NCBI GenBank assembly: GCA_050008655.1
Contig: JBEKMF010000001.1
Location: 1,445-65,444, forward strand
Length of the DNA: 64,000 nt
Direction of reading: 5' to 3'
Source: Smithellaceae bacterium
GTDB lineage: Bacteria; Desulfobacterota; Syntrophia; Syntrophales; Smithellaceae
Below, piece after piece: positions 19,531 through 28,048 of this stretch. Position 1 is the first letter of the stretch; every line of letters starts with the position of its first letter. The notes under the pieces are model-generated. The model was given only the letters and a program-made list of their open reading frames with translations. It searched no databases and was not told where the DNA came from. The position numbers and the translations under genes are program-made.

Positions 19531-19660
19531 TCCTCCCATACGCCGACGAGGTTAGCTGACGGGCTCGGACATGGAAGTGTCCTCTTCTTCACTCGCTAAG
19601 AAATTCGCCCCAAACTACCCGGTTCCCCCGTATCCACACTATATATGGATTTAGGCATTG
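19531..19660 (-). promoter_or_regulatory. c-di-AMP riboswitch-like leader (ydaO/kimA class) upstream of the kdp operon
   Basis: The minus strand reads CCUAAAUCC...GGAUACGGGGGAACCGGGUAGUUUGGGGCGAAUU...CCGAGCCCGUCAGCUAACCUCGUCGGCGUAUGGGAGG. This matches, from memory, the pseudo-twofold ydaO core blocks (ACGGxGGAACC, UUGGGGUxAAUC, ACCCGxCAGCUAACxxCGxxGGC). An SD (GGGAGG) follows directly. Confidence 0.65.
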
Positions 19661-19958
19661 TTAAAAAACATTGTCGAGCTAGCTATGCCCTTTTTAAATG
19701 ACTGTCAAGCAATATTTGCCATACATTTTTGTATTATTTCTTCATCCTTTTTGAGTAAAAGGGAGGAATTCAATCCGTAATAAACACAATTGAAGTTCTT
19801 CGCGTCAAGCCACTGAGAATCTTCGATTCTTAGGGGGCCATATTAGTCGGTATTCACTCGCTTACCCGCAGCAAGCTACAGGGAATGCGCTTGCTGTCGA
19901 ATTCACACCCGGCAACAAACATCGACACTACACCCCATATTTTGCGGTCAATATTCCA

Positions 19959-19987
19959 TTGACACACAAGATTGCTCTTAGTATACT
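19959..19987 (+). promoter_or_regulatory. sigma-70-type promoter for the 20045 gene
   Basis: TTGACA (19959-19964), a 17-nt spacer, then TATACT (19982-19987), about 58 nt upstream of the start codon. Confidence 0.45.
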
Positions 19988-20044
19988 TCTAAACCGAAAA
20001 AGAAAATTCTTATCAATCAATTTAGTCTTCAATAGGAATTTCTG

Positions 20045-20980
20045 ATGATTAAGCCCGACAAAGAAGACGTTGCTTGGATGGCTGTCGGAGCAGTAATACT
20101 GCTGCTGATCCTCCTGGTTGTGTTTCATTTCTACCAAAAACAGAATCCCGCCGAACAATTGGCCTTCAAAGCGAGCCGAGTTGACTTAGTAAATCGGATG
20201 CGCTTAGCCTTGGCTTCAGCTTCAGAAGCGGAAAAGAGCACAGTCCTTGCCATCACCGACCAAGACTCGCGATCATTTGCGGGCCAGAGCAGAACGGCCA
20301 CGGCAGAAGTCGAACAGGAACGTCGGGAGTTGAGTGAACTCCTGAAAGCTGGCGGCACCCAAGACGAGAAGGAGTTATTTAACCAATTCTCTGAACTTTT
20401 CGCTGAGTTCCAGCACATCGATACCAATTTACTAAATCTGGCAGTCAAGAACACCAACATCAAGGCGTATAGTCTGGCGTTTGGACCGGCCGCTGCTACA
20501 CTCAATGAAATGGACGCCGCGCTATCCCGCTTAATTGCATCAAATATTGGCTCTCCAGAGGATAGACAGGTGATGTTCCTTGCTTACCGCACAGAGATCA
20601 GCGCCCTGCGCCTTCAAACTTTGATTCCACCACACATTGCGGAGGAAAGCGATCAGAAAATGGATGAATTGGAAGCCCTAATGTCCAAGGAAGACAAGCA
20701 GATTCGTAAGAATCTGGATGAACTGACTGCGCTTCCAAAATTAAACCACAATGCCGATCTGACAGAGGCGGTATCAAGCTATGCCAGGTTCAACAAAATC
20801 AAAACCAAAATTCTGGCACTTTCGCGGGAAAACACCAACGTGAAGTCGCTGTCCATTTCCCTTAATCAGAAGCGCAAGATGATGCTCCTGTGTCAGGATA
20901 CCTTGAACAAGCTGCAACAAGCTATCTTAGAGGAACCCATTGCGGGAGTCACCTATGGCCGTCCGGCCAGACCCCGCTAG
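20045..20980 (+). CDS. membrane-anchored helical protein, 4HB_MCP-like sensory module without an output domain (hypothetical)
   Basis: One N-terminal TM segment, then about 280 aa of Ala/Leu/Glu-rich helices resembling the periplasmic four-helix-bundle of chemoreceptors. No HAMP or signalling domain. Confidence 0.35.
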   Translation: MIKPDKEDVAWMAVGAVILLLILLVVFHFYQKQNPAEQLAFKASRVDLVNRMRLALASASEAEKSTVLAITDQDSRSFAGQSRTATAEVEQERRELSELLKAGGTQDEKELFNQFSELFAEFQHIDTNLLNLAVKNTNIKAYSLAFGPAAATLNEMDAALSRLIASNIGSPEDRQVMFLAYRTEISALRLQTLIPPHIAEESDQKMDELEALMSKEDKQIRKNLDELTALPKLNHNADLTEAVSSYARFNKIKTKILALSRENTNVKSLSISLNQKRKMMLLCQDTLNKLQQAILEEPIAGVTYGRPARPR

Positions 20981-21079
20981 CTTCCTGAAGAGACCTTGAA
21001 TCACTTCTTAATTCATCTGCGCTATGATCATTTTGAATGATAATCAACAATAAATCCCGACCATGATTTTAAAAGAATT

Positions 21080-21150
21080 GTACATACGTTGAGGAAGCCG
21101 ACGACGATGCCAACAAAGATAGCATTTTGATTTAGAATTGGAATAAAGCA
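21080..21150 (+). repeat. family-2 repeat, copy a (degenerate)
   Basis: ACGTTGAGGAAGCCGACGACGATGCCAACAAAGATAGC, nearly identical to copies at 30367-30450 and 62314-62407. It lies 14 nt beyond the mltA stop. Confidence 0.8.
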
Positions 21151-21163
21151 AAGCGATTTCCTG

Positions 21164-22342
21164 TTATTTTTTGATTAACAAATACAGTTCGCCCTTTTCT
21201 TTGAGAGTGCCAGCGGTGGCCTCCGCCTTTCCTCCAAACCCGCAGAAAAGGTCAACCCGTCCGGGGCCTTTGATTGCCGAGCCCTTATCCTGGCTCAACA
21301 CAAACCGAGAAAAGCTAATCCTTTGCGAAATATTGCCTGCGGCATCGAAAACAGGCTTCTTCAGGCGGATAAACGCCAGGGCTCCTTCCGGAAAGTAGTC
21401 CGGATCCGTGGCAATCGATCTCCCTTCTGTTACCGGCACGCCCAGAGAACCCAGAGGATCTTTATCCACAAAACGAAAGAAGATATAACTCTCGTTGTAA
21501 CTTAAAATTTCATAGAGCTCCTGCTCCTGCTTTCCTTTCAGAAGGGCTTTTACGTTGCGATAGGAAGTCTCCCCGCTCTTTATTTTGCCGTGGTCCAGCA
21601 TGAATCTTGTTACACTGCGGAAAGGCCGGCCATTGGTTTGGGCAAAACTGACCGTCAATAAAGTTTCGTCGGGAAGTTTAATCTTCCCAGAGCCCTGCAC
21701 ATGCAGAAAAAACAAATCCACCGGATCGGTCACCCAAACAAGCTCCAGATTTTTCCCCCGCAATACTCCATCAACATCAATTTCCTCGCGGTTATAGTAA
21801 GGAACAAACTCACCGCCTTCACTCCGGCCAATCCTGTTTTCATTTTTAATCAAATCGCCCGGCACTCGATAAAGCGGATATTTGTATTTTTCGCTCTTCG
21901 TCAATGAGCCTTCAAGGAGCGGTTCGTAATAACCGGTAAAAAGCGTTCTCCTGTCCGCGTCAGCGCCCGCCACCATATAGATATCAAAGTCAACCGCGAT
22001 GTTTCTGTTTAAATCATCCTGCTTTTCGGAGTGACGCAGAACTTCACCAAACGCGATAAGCGTTTCCTTCAACTTCGCCGCGTCAACCGGTGGTCTATCC
22101 GCGATCAGATAGACTTTATCCCGGCCGTTAGTTTCATAATATTGGATGCTGCGATCGATCGCTAATTGCAAAGAGTCTAAATCGAGATCATCCGTAAAAT
22201 TAATATCGGAGGCGGAAACAAGAAAAAGAGGCACCAGATGTTTTTCCGGTGGTCCGGACGGAATTTTTGGCAGGGCCTTTACGCACCCGGCAAAGCAAAC
22301 GGCAATCAATAGCAATCGTATAATATTGCGCCAGTGTTTCAT
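21164..22342 (-). CDS. mltA: murein transglycosylase A
   Basis: Lipoprotein-like signal (LLIAVCFAGC), MltA domain and a C-terminal 3D domain motif (QDKGSAIKGPGRVDLFCGFG). Confidence 0.85.
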   Translation of the reverse strand: MKHWRNIIRLLLIAVCFAGCVKALPKIPSGPPEKHLVPLFLVSASDINFTDDLDLDSLQLAIDRSIQYYETNGRDKVYLIADRPPVDAAKLKETLIAFGEVLRHSEKQDDLNRNIAVDFDIYMVAGADADRRTLFTGYYEPLLEGSLTKSEKYKYPLYRVPGDLIKNENRIGRSEGGEFVPYYNREEIDVDGVLRGKNLELVWVTDPVDLFFLHVQGSGKIKLPDETLLTVSFAQTNGRPFRSVTRFMLDHGKIKSGETSYRNVKALLKGKQEQELYEILSYNESYIFFRFVDKDPLGSLGVPVTEGRSIATDPDYFPEGALAFIRLKKPVFDAAGNISQRISFSRFVLSQDKGSAIKGPGRVDLFCGFGGKAEATAGTLKEKGELYLLIKK

Positions 22343-22797
22343 AGCTCCATAATCATCGCCGTCTCATCGCAGTAGTCGGGATACTTGGAACAGCGCAGAC
22401 AATCCGACCAAATCTTTTCCGGCAGAGTTGCCCTATCAACTTCTTTAAAACCCAGCTTGGCAAATAAATCGCTTTTGTAGGTAAGCGTGAATATCTTAAA
22501 GAGTCTCAGTGTAATAGCTTCGGAAATGCAGGCTTCCACAAGTTCCTTGCCGACGCCTTTTCCCCGATGATTTTCGTCAACATAGAGAGAGCGGATTTCC
22601 GCGAGATTTTCCCAAATAATATTCATCGCGCAAATGCCGGCCACCGACGATTCATCCTCATCATAATAAACAAAAAAATCGCGCAAAGAATTGTAAATAT
22701 CCATCAGCGAACGCGGCAGCATTTCGCCCTTGCCCGCCGATGAATTTATCAGACGGTGAATCGTTTTTACGTCATCAATGCGCGCCTTCCTTAACAT
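22339..22797 (-). CDS. GNAT family N-acetyltransferase (short ArgA-like)
   Basis: 152 aa with acetyl-CoA binding motif HRGKGVGKELV. Overlaps both neighbours and so lies within the operon. Confidence 0.75.
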   Translation of the reverse strand: MLRKARIDDVKTIHRLINSSAGKGEMLPRSLMDIYNSLRDFFVYYDEDESSVAGICAMNIIWENLAEIRSLYVDENHRGKGVGKELVEACISEAITLRLFKIFTLTYKSDLFAKLGFKEVDRATLPEKIWSDCLRCSKYPDYCDETAMIMEL

Positions 22798-24509
22798 TTT
22801 CCTCTCCCGCCCGAATTACTGGAATTTGATATTTTGGAACCATCGAGCATCTCGCGGGCGTGCTTACGTGTAGTCTGGGTTACATCCACTCCGCCCAGCA
22901 TCCGGCTTATTTCTTCAATCTTTTGTTCCTCATCGAGTTTGGTGACGGCGGTGGTTGTCCGGCCCTTTATGATCTTTTTGGAAACATACAAATGATCTTC
23001 GCCAAAACAAGCAATTTGCGGCAAATGGGTGATACAAATAATCTGATGATTGGCGGACACCTCTTTTAATTTGCGGCCGACAATTTCCGCCGTTGCTCCG
23101 CCGATGCCGTTATCCACTTCATCAAAAATAATCGTCGCCACGGAGCCGGTGCGCGACAAAACATTTTTCAGCGCCAGAACTATACGCGATAATTCACCGC
23201 CGGAGGCAATCTTGTTTAGGGGCTTGGGCTCTTCTCCGGCATTAGCCGTCAGATAAAACTCTATTTCATCGCCGCCTTTTGGTCCGAAAGATTCGACATT
23301 TTTATCAGCGGCGTTTTTTTTAAAGTTAGCCTCAAAGGAGGCATGGGGCATATTTAACTCATGAATTTCCTTATCCACGGCATCTTTCAGCTTCGCCGCT
23401 GCCTGGCCTCTGAGTTGAGAAAGATCGAGCGCTTTTTGGCGCAAATTATTTTTTGCGGCTGTTTCTTCTCTACTCAGATTTTCCAACTCTTCTTCCACGG
23501 AAAAAACCCGGCGCAATTCTTCTTCTATTTCTTGTTTTTTGTTAAGAACACTTTCGAGAGATCCGCCGTGTTTGCGTTTAAGCCGGCCCAGCATTTCGAG
23601 ACGTTCGTCAATAGTCGCCAGCCTCTCCGGATCGAAGAAAAGATTTTTACTGTAATCGCGCAGAACCAAAGCCGCTTCCTGGAGTGTAATAAAACTGCCT
23701 TCAATATCCGCAGGGACAAGCTTCAAATTCGCATCAATATTTTTGATTTCTTTTACCTGATTTTGAACTTCTTTCAACTTAACGACGGCGGAATCCTTCT
23801 CGCCGTAGAGCAAATCATAAGCGTGGTTGGCCCAGTCCATGAGCTTTTGCGCGTTAACGAGAACTTTTTTTTCATCGGAGAGTGTTGTGTCTTCCTTCGG
23901 CTGTGGATTAATATCCTGAATTTCCTTTAGCTGAAATTTGAACAAATCTGCTTTTTCTTCGCGGCTGCGGCGCAAATTTTCCATTTTTTCTATTTTAGTT
24001 CTGATTTGCGTATATTGATTATACGCCTCGGCATAGGAAGTCCGGAGAGGAAGACAGCCACCGAATTCATCCAGTATATCTATATGATTTTCGGCATTGA
24101 GAATTATCTGATGTTCATGCTGGCCGCAGATATTAATCAGCGATTCGCTGATGGCGGACAAATTAGCCAAAGTTGCCATTTGACCGTTGATGAGCGCCTT
24201 ATTTTTGCCGGTACGCGAAATAATCCTACGGATTATCAGCTCTTCACTGTCGGCAAAACCCATGGCTGCGATTTTCTCCCTGAGCTCACTATTCCCGGCA
24301 ACTTTAAAGAGCGCTTCCACTGTTGCCGCATCCGCCTGCGATCTGATCAAATCCGCTGTCGCTCTATCGCCTAAGAGTAAACTTACCGCGCCGATAATAA
24401 TCGACTTTCCGGCACCGGTTTCTCCGGAGATAACATTCAGCCCTTCACCAAAGGAAACGTGGAGTTCATCAATGATGGCGAAGTTTTTAATGCTCAGGTC
24501 ATTAAGCAT
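22791..24509 (-). CDS. recN: DNA repair protein RecN
   Basis: N-terminal Walker A (GETGAGKSIII), a long coiled coil, and C-terminal SGGELSRI and IFDEVD motifs. Confidence 0.95.
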   Translation of the reverse strand: MLNDLSIKNFAIIDELHVSFGEGLNVISGETGAGKSIIIGAVSLLLGDRATADLIRSQADAATVEALFKVAGNSELREKIAAMGFADSEELIIRRIISRTGKNKALINGQMATLANLSAISESLINICGQHEHQIILNAENHIDILDEFGGCLPLRTSYAEAYNQYTQIRTKIEKMENLRRSREEKADLFKFQLKEIQDINPQPKEDTTLSDEKKVLVNAQKLMDWANHAYDLLYGEKDSAVVKLKEVQNQVKEIKNIDANLKLVPADIEGSFITLQEAALVLRDYSKNLFFDPERLATIDERLEMLGRLKRKHGGSLESVLNKKQEIEEELRRVFSVEEELENLSREETAAKNNLRQKALDLSQLRGQAAAKLKDAVDKEIHELNMPHASFEANFKKNAADKNVESFGPKGGDEIEFYLTANAGEEPKPLNKIASGGELSRIVLALKNVLSRTGSVATIIFDEVDNGIGGATAEIVGRKLKEVSANHQIICITHLPQIACFGEDHLYVSKKIIKGRTTTAVTKLDEEQKIEEISRMLGGVDVTQTTRKHAREMLDGSKISNSSNSGGRGKC

Positions 24510-25443
24510 TTTCCCTTTTCCCAGCTCCTGAAGGTAAACCGCCCCAGCCTAGTTTGGAACGTAATATTTCCCAGTAACTGCGATGTGGCGAAAGAACCAA
24601 CTTAGTCACATATTTTGATTTTTTTATAGTCACAACATCTCCGGACTCGATTTGGTAGGATTCCTGTCCGTCCAAAGTCAAAGTGGCACCCCTTCCTTTG
24701 GACCATAGTGTTATTTTCAAATTCGAATCCTGCGGAAAAATAATCGGGCGGTTAGTCAAAGTGTGAGGGCAGATGGGATTAATAATTATCAAGTCTTTTG
24801 CGGGAAAGACAATCGGGCCACCCGCCGAAAGCGAATAGGCCGTGGAACCGGTAGGCGTCGAAATAATCAGACCGTCTCCCTTGTAAGTCGTCAGGTACTC
24901 ATCATTAACCGATGTTTCCAGTTCAGTAATGCGGGATAGATTGCCGCGATTGATGACCACATCATTCAACACGTCGCCTACATCAGCGATAGTGTTGCCG
25001 TGCTTGACGGCTACGGTGAGCATCATTCTTTTTTCCGCTGCAAATTTGCCGCCCAGAATCACTTCCAGCGCCGAATGCATTTCGTTTAAATTGACTTCGG
25101 TGAGATAGCCGAAACTACCCATATTGATTCCCAGAATAGGAACACCATATCTCGCCACAGCGCGCGCTGCACGGAGCATCGTTCCATCACCGCCTAAAAC
25201 AATAAGCAGTTGAGATTTTCGCGCCAGCTCATCCCATTTAAGTCCGCCACCGATGCCGGCTTTAGCGGCTATTTGAGCTTCCAGGAAAACTTCATTGTCT
25301 TTTTCTTCCAGCCACTCCTTTAGAGATTTGGCGTGCCGGGCTATTTTTACTTTTTCTATATTGGCAACAATACCGACTTTCTTGATTTTCAGTGGAGCCA
25401 CCTCCAACAGGAGCCTGAAGCTCCTTATAATAATGAGACCCAA
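24502..25443 (-). CDS. nadK: NAD kinase
   Basis: Motifs GGDGTML, NxGxLGFL-like (NMGSFGYL) and TPTGSTAYSLSAGGPI. The listed TTG start at 25443 lies inside repeat locus 3. The true start is probably further in (TTG 25407, or later near LKIKKVGIVAN). Confidence 0.85.
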   Translation of the reverse strand: MGLIIIRSFRLLLEVAPLKIKKVGIVANIEKVKIARHAKSLKEWLEEKDNEVFLEAQIAAKAGIGGGLKWDELARKSQLLIVLGGDGTMLRAARAVARYGVPILGINMGSFGYLTEVNLNEMHSALEVILGGKFAAEKRMMLTVAVKHGNTIADVGDVLNDVVINRGNLSRITELETSVNDEYLTTYKGDGLIISTPTGSTAYSLSAGGPIVFPAKDLIIINPICPHTLTNRPIIFPQDSNLKITLWSKGRGATLTLDGQESYQIESGDVVTIKKSKYVTKLVLSPHRSYWEILRSKLGWGGLPSGAGKRENA

Positions 25444-25672
25444 ACTTCAGAAATAAAGTGCATAACCTAATAACCTGAGGGTCACAAGAGGTCACGTCAC
25501 CACTCAAGCTTGCAGGTCGAATGAATGAAACTCAAATATTACAAACGCAGTGCAGTAATATTTGTAAGTTGAATGCATCCCGCAAAGCAGATGATAAAGC
25601 GACCTCCCGCGGATTACCGCGCATTTCTACTTTGGCCAGAGCCGGGGAATTCCAAATCGCGGGATCGATTGC
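25410..25672 (-). repeat. family-1 modular intergenic repeat, locus 3 (mostly reverse orientation)
   Basis: The reverse complement of 25431-25525 aligns base-for-base with the long unit at 27683-27775 (ATTCGACCTGCAAGCTT...GTGACGTGACCTCTTGTGACCCTCAGGTTATTAGGTTATGCAC...CTGAAGTTTGGGTCTCATTA). Additional alpha-like hairpins occur at 25640-25672. Confidence 0.85.
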
Positions 25673-25840
25673 AACCTCGAAATATGAAGCTCACTAACAT
25701 AAAAAAAAGCCGCTGTCTACGCATAAATATTTTACTGATACATTTACAAAGCAATTAATTTTTTAGGATAATTACCGAGGATAAAGTCTTGACAGATTCA
25801 GGGCGTTTAATATACCGTGCACGCAGGTTTGGTGCTAATT

Positions 25841-26911
25841 ATGGGTTTGCTCAAAGGCAATTTTACTTTTATGAGATTTCATGTGGAAGGTCGGCTGCCG
25901 CAAGAATTTTTGAATTTCGTCAATGACCGCATTAAAGCCAATGCTTTTCGCGAGACGTCCAAGTCAACCCAAGAAAAACAATTAGGCTGGGTTTCTCTTA
26001 CCGATGTGTTGGATGCTGACTTCGAAAAGGCTGATTATACATTGGGTGATTATCTTATTTTTTGCCTGCGCATTGACCGTAAGCTGGTCCCGCCCAAATT
26101 GATGAAGCTAAAATTGATGACTCAAGAGAGAAACTATCTTACTCAAAGCGCAGGCACCGGCCGGATTAATAAAGAAACCGCAACAGCGATCAAAGATAAG
26201 GTCAAACTAGAATTGGTGACCAAACTTGATCCCGTGCCTTCTTTTTATGATGTCTGCTGGTCCATAGGACAAAACAAGATTTATTTTTCCTCACTTGCCG
26301 ATACGGTAGCAGATGATTTTGTTGATTTGTTCCAGAAAACTTTTTCTTTAAATCTTAAACGCTTTTTGCCGCAAGAAAATCCGCAGATAGCAAAAAATGA
26401 TGGACCCGCAGAGGCCATCTCTCTTATCGGCCGTGAATTTTTAACCTGGCTCTGGTTTAAATCGGAAGAGCGCAACGGCAGGATAACGCTTACGGACAGT
26501 GAAGAAGTCGAACTTCATTTCTTAAAAAGAATTGTATTGGAATCCGGCGAAGGCGAGTATTCCCAGGGTGTTGTTTGTCATGGAATCCACACTGAGCTTA
26601 AAGAAGGCAAGGAAGCTATCCGCCAGGGAAAAAAAGTTAAGGAAACGGGAATCAAGCTAAGTCATAATCAAAATGAATGGGAATTCACTTTTAAAGCCGA
26701 TTCTTTTAATTTTCATTCATTGAGCCTGCCGGCAATATCCCCTCGGGAAACTCCAGAAGACCCTGTGGGAAACCTGTTGGAAAGAATTTATCTTGTGGAA
26801 AACGCGGTAAAAACAATGGATAACCTTTTCGAATCTTTTTTACGTATCCGTTATTTACCCCAGTGGGAAGAACGTGAGTTGAAGCTTGTAGCCAAGTGGC
26901 TGGAACGTTAA
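25841..26911 (+). CDS. RdgC-like recombination-associated protein (putative)
   Basis: The N-terminus MGLLKGNFTFMRF...LGWVSL...FCLRIDRKLVPPKL parallels the RdgC pattern (MxFKNxxxYRL...MGWVPP...ICxRxEEKxLPxxV). I prefer ATG 25841 over GTG 25817. Confidence 0.5.
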   Translation: MGLLKGNFTFMRFHVEGRLPQEFLNFVNDRIKANAFRETSKSTQEKQLGWVSLTDVLDADFEKADYTLGDYLIFCLRIDRKLVPPKLMKLKLMTQERNYLTQSAGTGRINKETATAIKDKVKLELVTKLDPVPSFYDVCWSIGQNKIYFSSLADTVADDFVDLFQKTFSLNLKRFLPQENPQIAKNDGPAEAISLIGREFLTWLWFKSEERNGRITLTDSEEVELHFLKRIVLESGEGEYSQGVVCHGIHTELKEGKEAIRQGKKVKETGIKLSHNQNEWEFTFKADSFNFHSLSLPAISPRETPEDPVGNLLERIYLVENAVKTMDNLFESFLRIRYLPQWEERELKLVAKWLER

Positions 26912-26918
26912 TATTAAT

Positions 26919-27581
26919 TTATGGGCGGAGATGTAAGTAAGGCCGCATGGCATTTTCCAGAATTTGTCTTTGGTTTTCCAAATCCGCTTTATCTTTTGCC
27001 GGTGGGAGCTTAATCATTTCACAGAAAACAATGGTTACGCGGGAAAATGGCTTAGGAATCATAAATTTATCCCAGCTACTTAAATACCAAGCATTTTCGG
27101 CCTGGACATATCCCGGCAGGATAACCGCGTCCGCCGCATGAGCAAGGCTGATCACGCCAGGCTTTGCCACACCTGCCGGGCCACGCGGCCCATCCGGAAA
27201 AAGAATTGCCAGACCGTGTTTTTTCAGCCTATTGGTCATCTCTCTGAGAGCGGGACCACCATCGCGGGAAGAAGAGCCACGAACCGGATACCAGCCTACC
27301 TCTCTGGCCACCCCTGCAGTAATCTCTCCATCCAGGCTTTTCGAAGCCATAATACTGGGATTATATTTTCGAAATTTTTTACCATAATAAAATGCGGAAA
27401 ATAATTGCTGATGCCACGCACAAATTAAAACACGGCCGCCTTGATCCAAATAATTCAGCAAAGGTTCTTCATTCACTACCTGGAAACGGAAAGTCACGCA
27501 ATATAAACGAACCAGCCAGTATATAATCTTACTGGCTGGTTTTGTCGTTGCTAACTTACGTAACGGCTTAAACATTTCCAC
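26919..27581 (-). CDS. lysophospholipid acyltransferase family protein (DUF374-type)
   Basis: 220 aa with motifs RVLICAWHQQLF, SxSxDGE, and LFPDGPRGP-like. Confidence 0.65.
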   Translation of the reverse strand: MEMFKPLRKLATTKPASKIIYWLVRLYCVTFRFQVVNEEPLLNYLDQGGRVLICAWHQQLFSAFYYGKKFRKYNPSIMASKSLDGEITAGVAREVGWYPVRGSSSRDGGPALREMTNRLKKHGLAILFPDGPRGPAGVAKPGVISLAHAADAVILPGYVQAENAWYLSSWDKFMIPKPFSRVTIVFCEMIKLPPAKDKADLENQRQILENAMRPYLHLRP

Positions 27582-27647
27582 ATCCTAAGAATCAATTTTC
27601 CGACCGGCAAAAATATACATGGCAGGCAAACTGACTAAGTATCTTTC

Positions 27648-28048
27648 AATCACGGGTATCTACGATACTCTCCGCCTTCGCGGGATAATTCGACTGCAAG
27701 CTTCAGCATGTGTGACCTCTTGTGACCTTCAGGTTATTAGGTTATGCACTCTGCTTCCGAAGCCTGTGTCTCATTACAACTTACTAATTTTCCCACATTC
27801 GTTATGAAAATTGGAGTTTCACGAACCACGGGTATGAATCCCAAAGCAAGCTGGGGATATTAGTATTGCCCCGCTAAGCTTCGCACGCGGGATAACCCCA
27901 GTAGCCTTTGCTATAGGATTAATTCAGCTAACAGATATTACAAGCGCAGCGCAGTAATATCTGAGTTTCATAAATTCGACTTGCAAGCTTCGGCGGTGAC
28001 GTGACCTCTAGGTTATGCACTCTGTTTCTGAAGCTTGAGTCTCATTAC
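27648..28048 (+). repeat. family-1 modular intergenic repeat, locus 4 (about 4 units, best-preserved copies)
   Basis: It starts CACGGGTATCTACGATACTCTCCGCCTTCGCGGGATAATTCGACTGCAAGCTTCAG, followed by the nested stem GTGACCT..GTGACCT..AGGTTAT..AGGTTAT and then CCGAAGCCTGTGTCTCATTA. A second full unit spans 27975-28048 and ends in GAGTCTCATTA. Confidence 0.9.
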
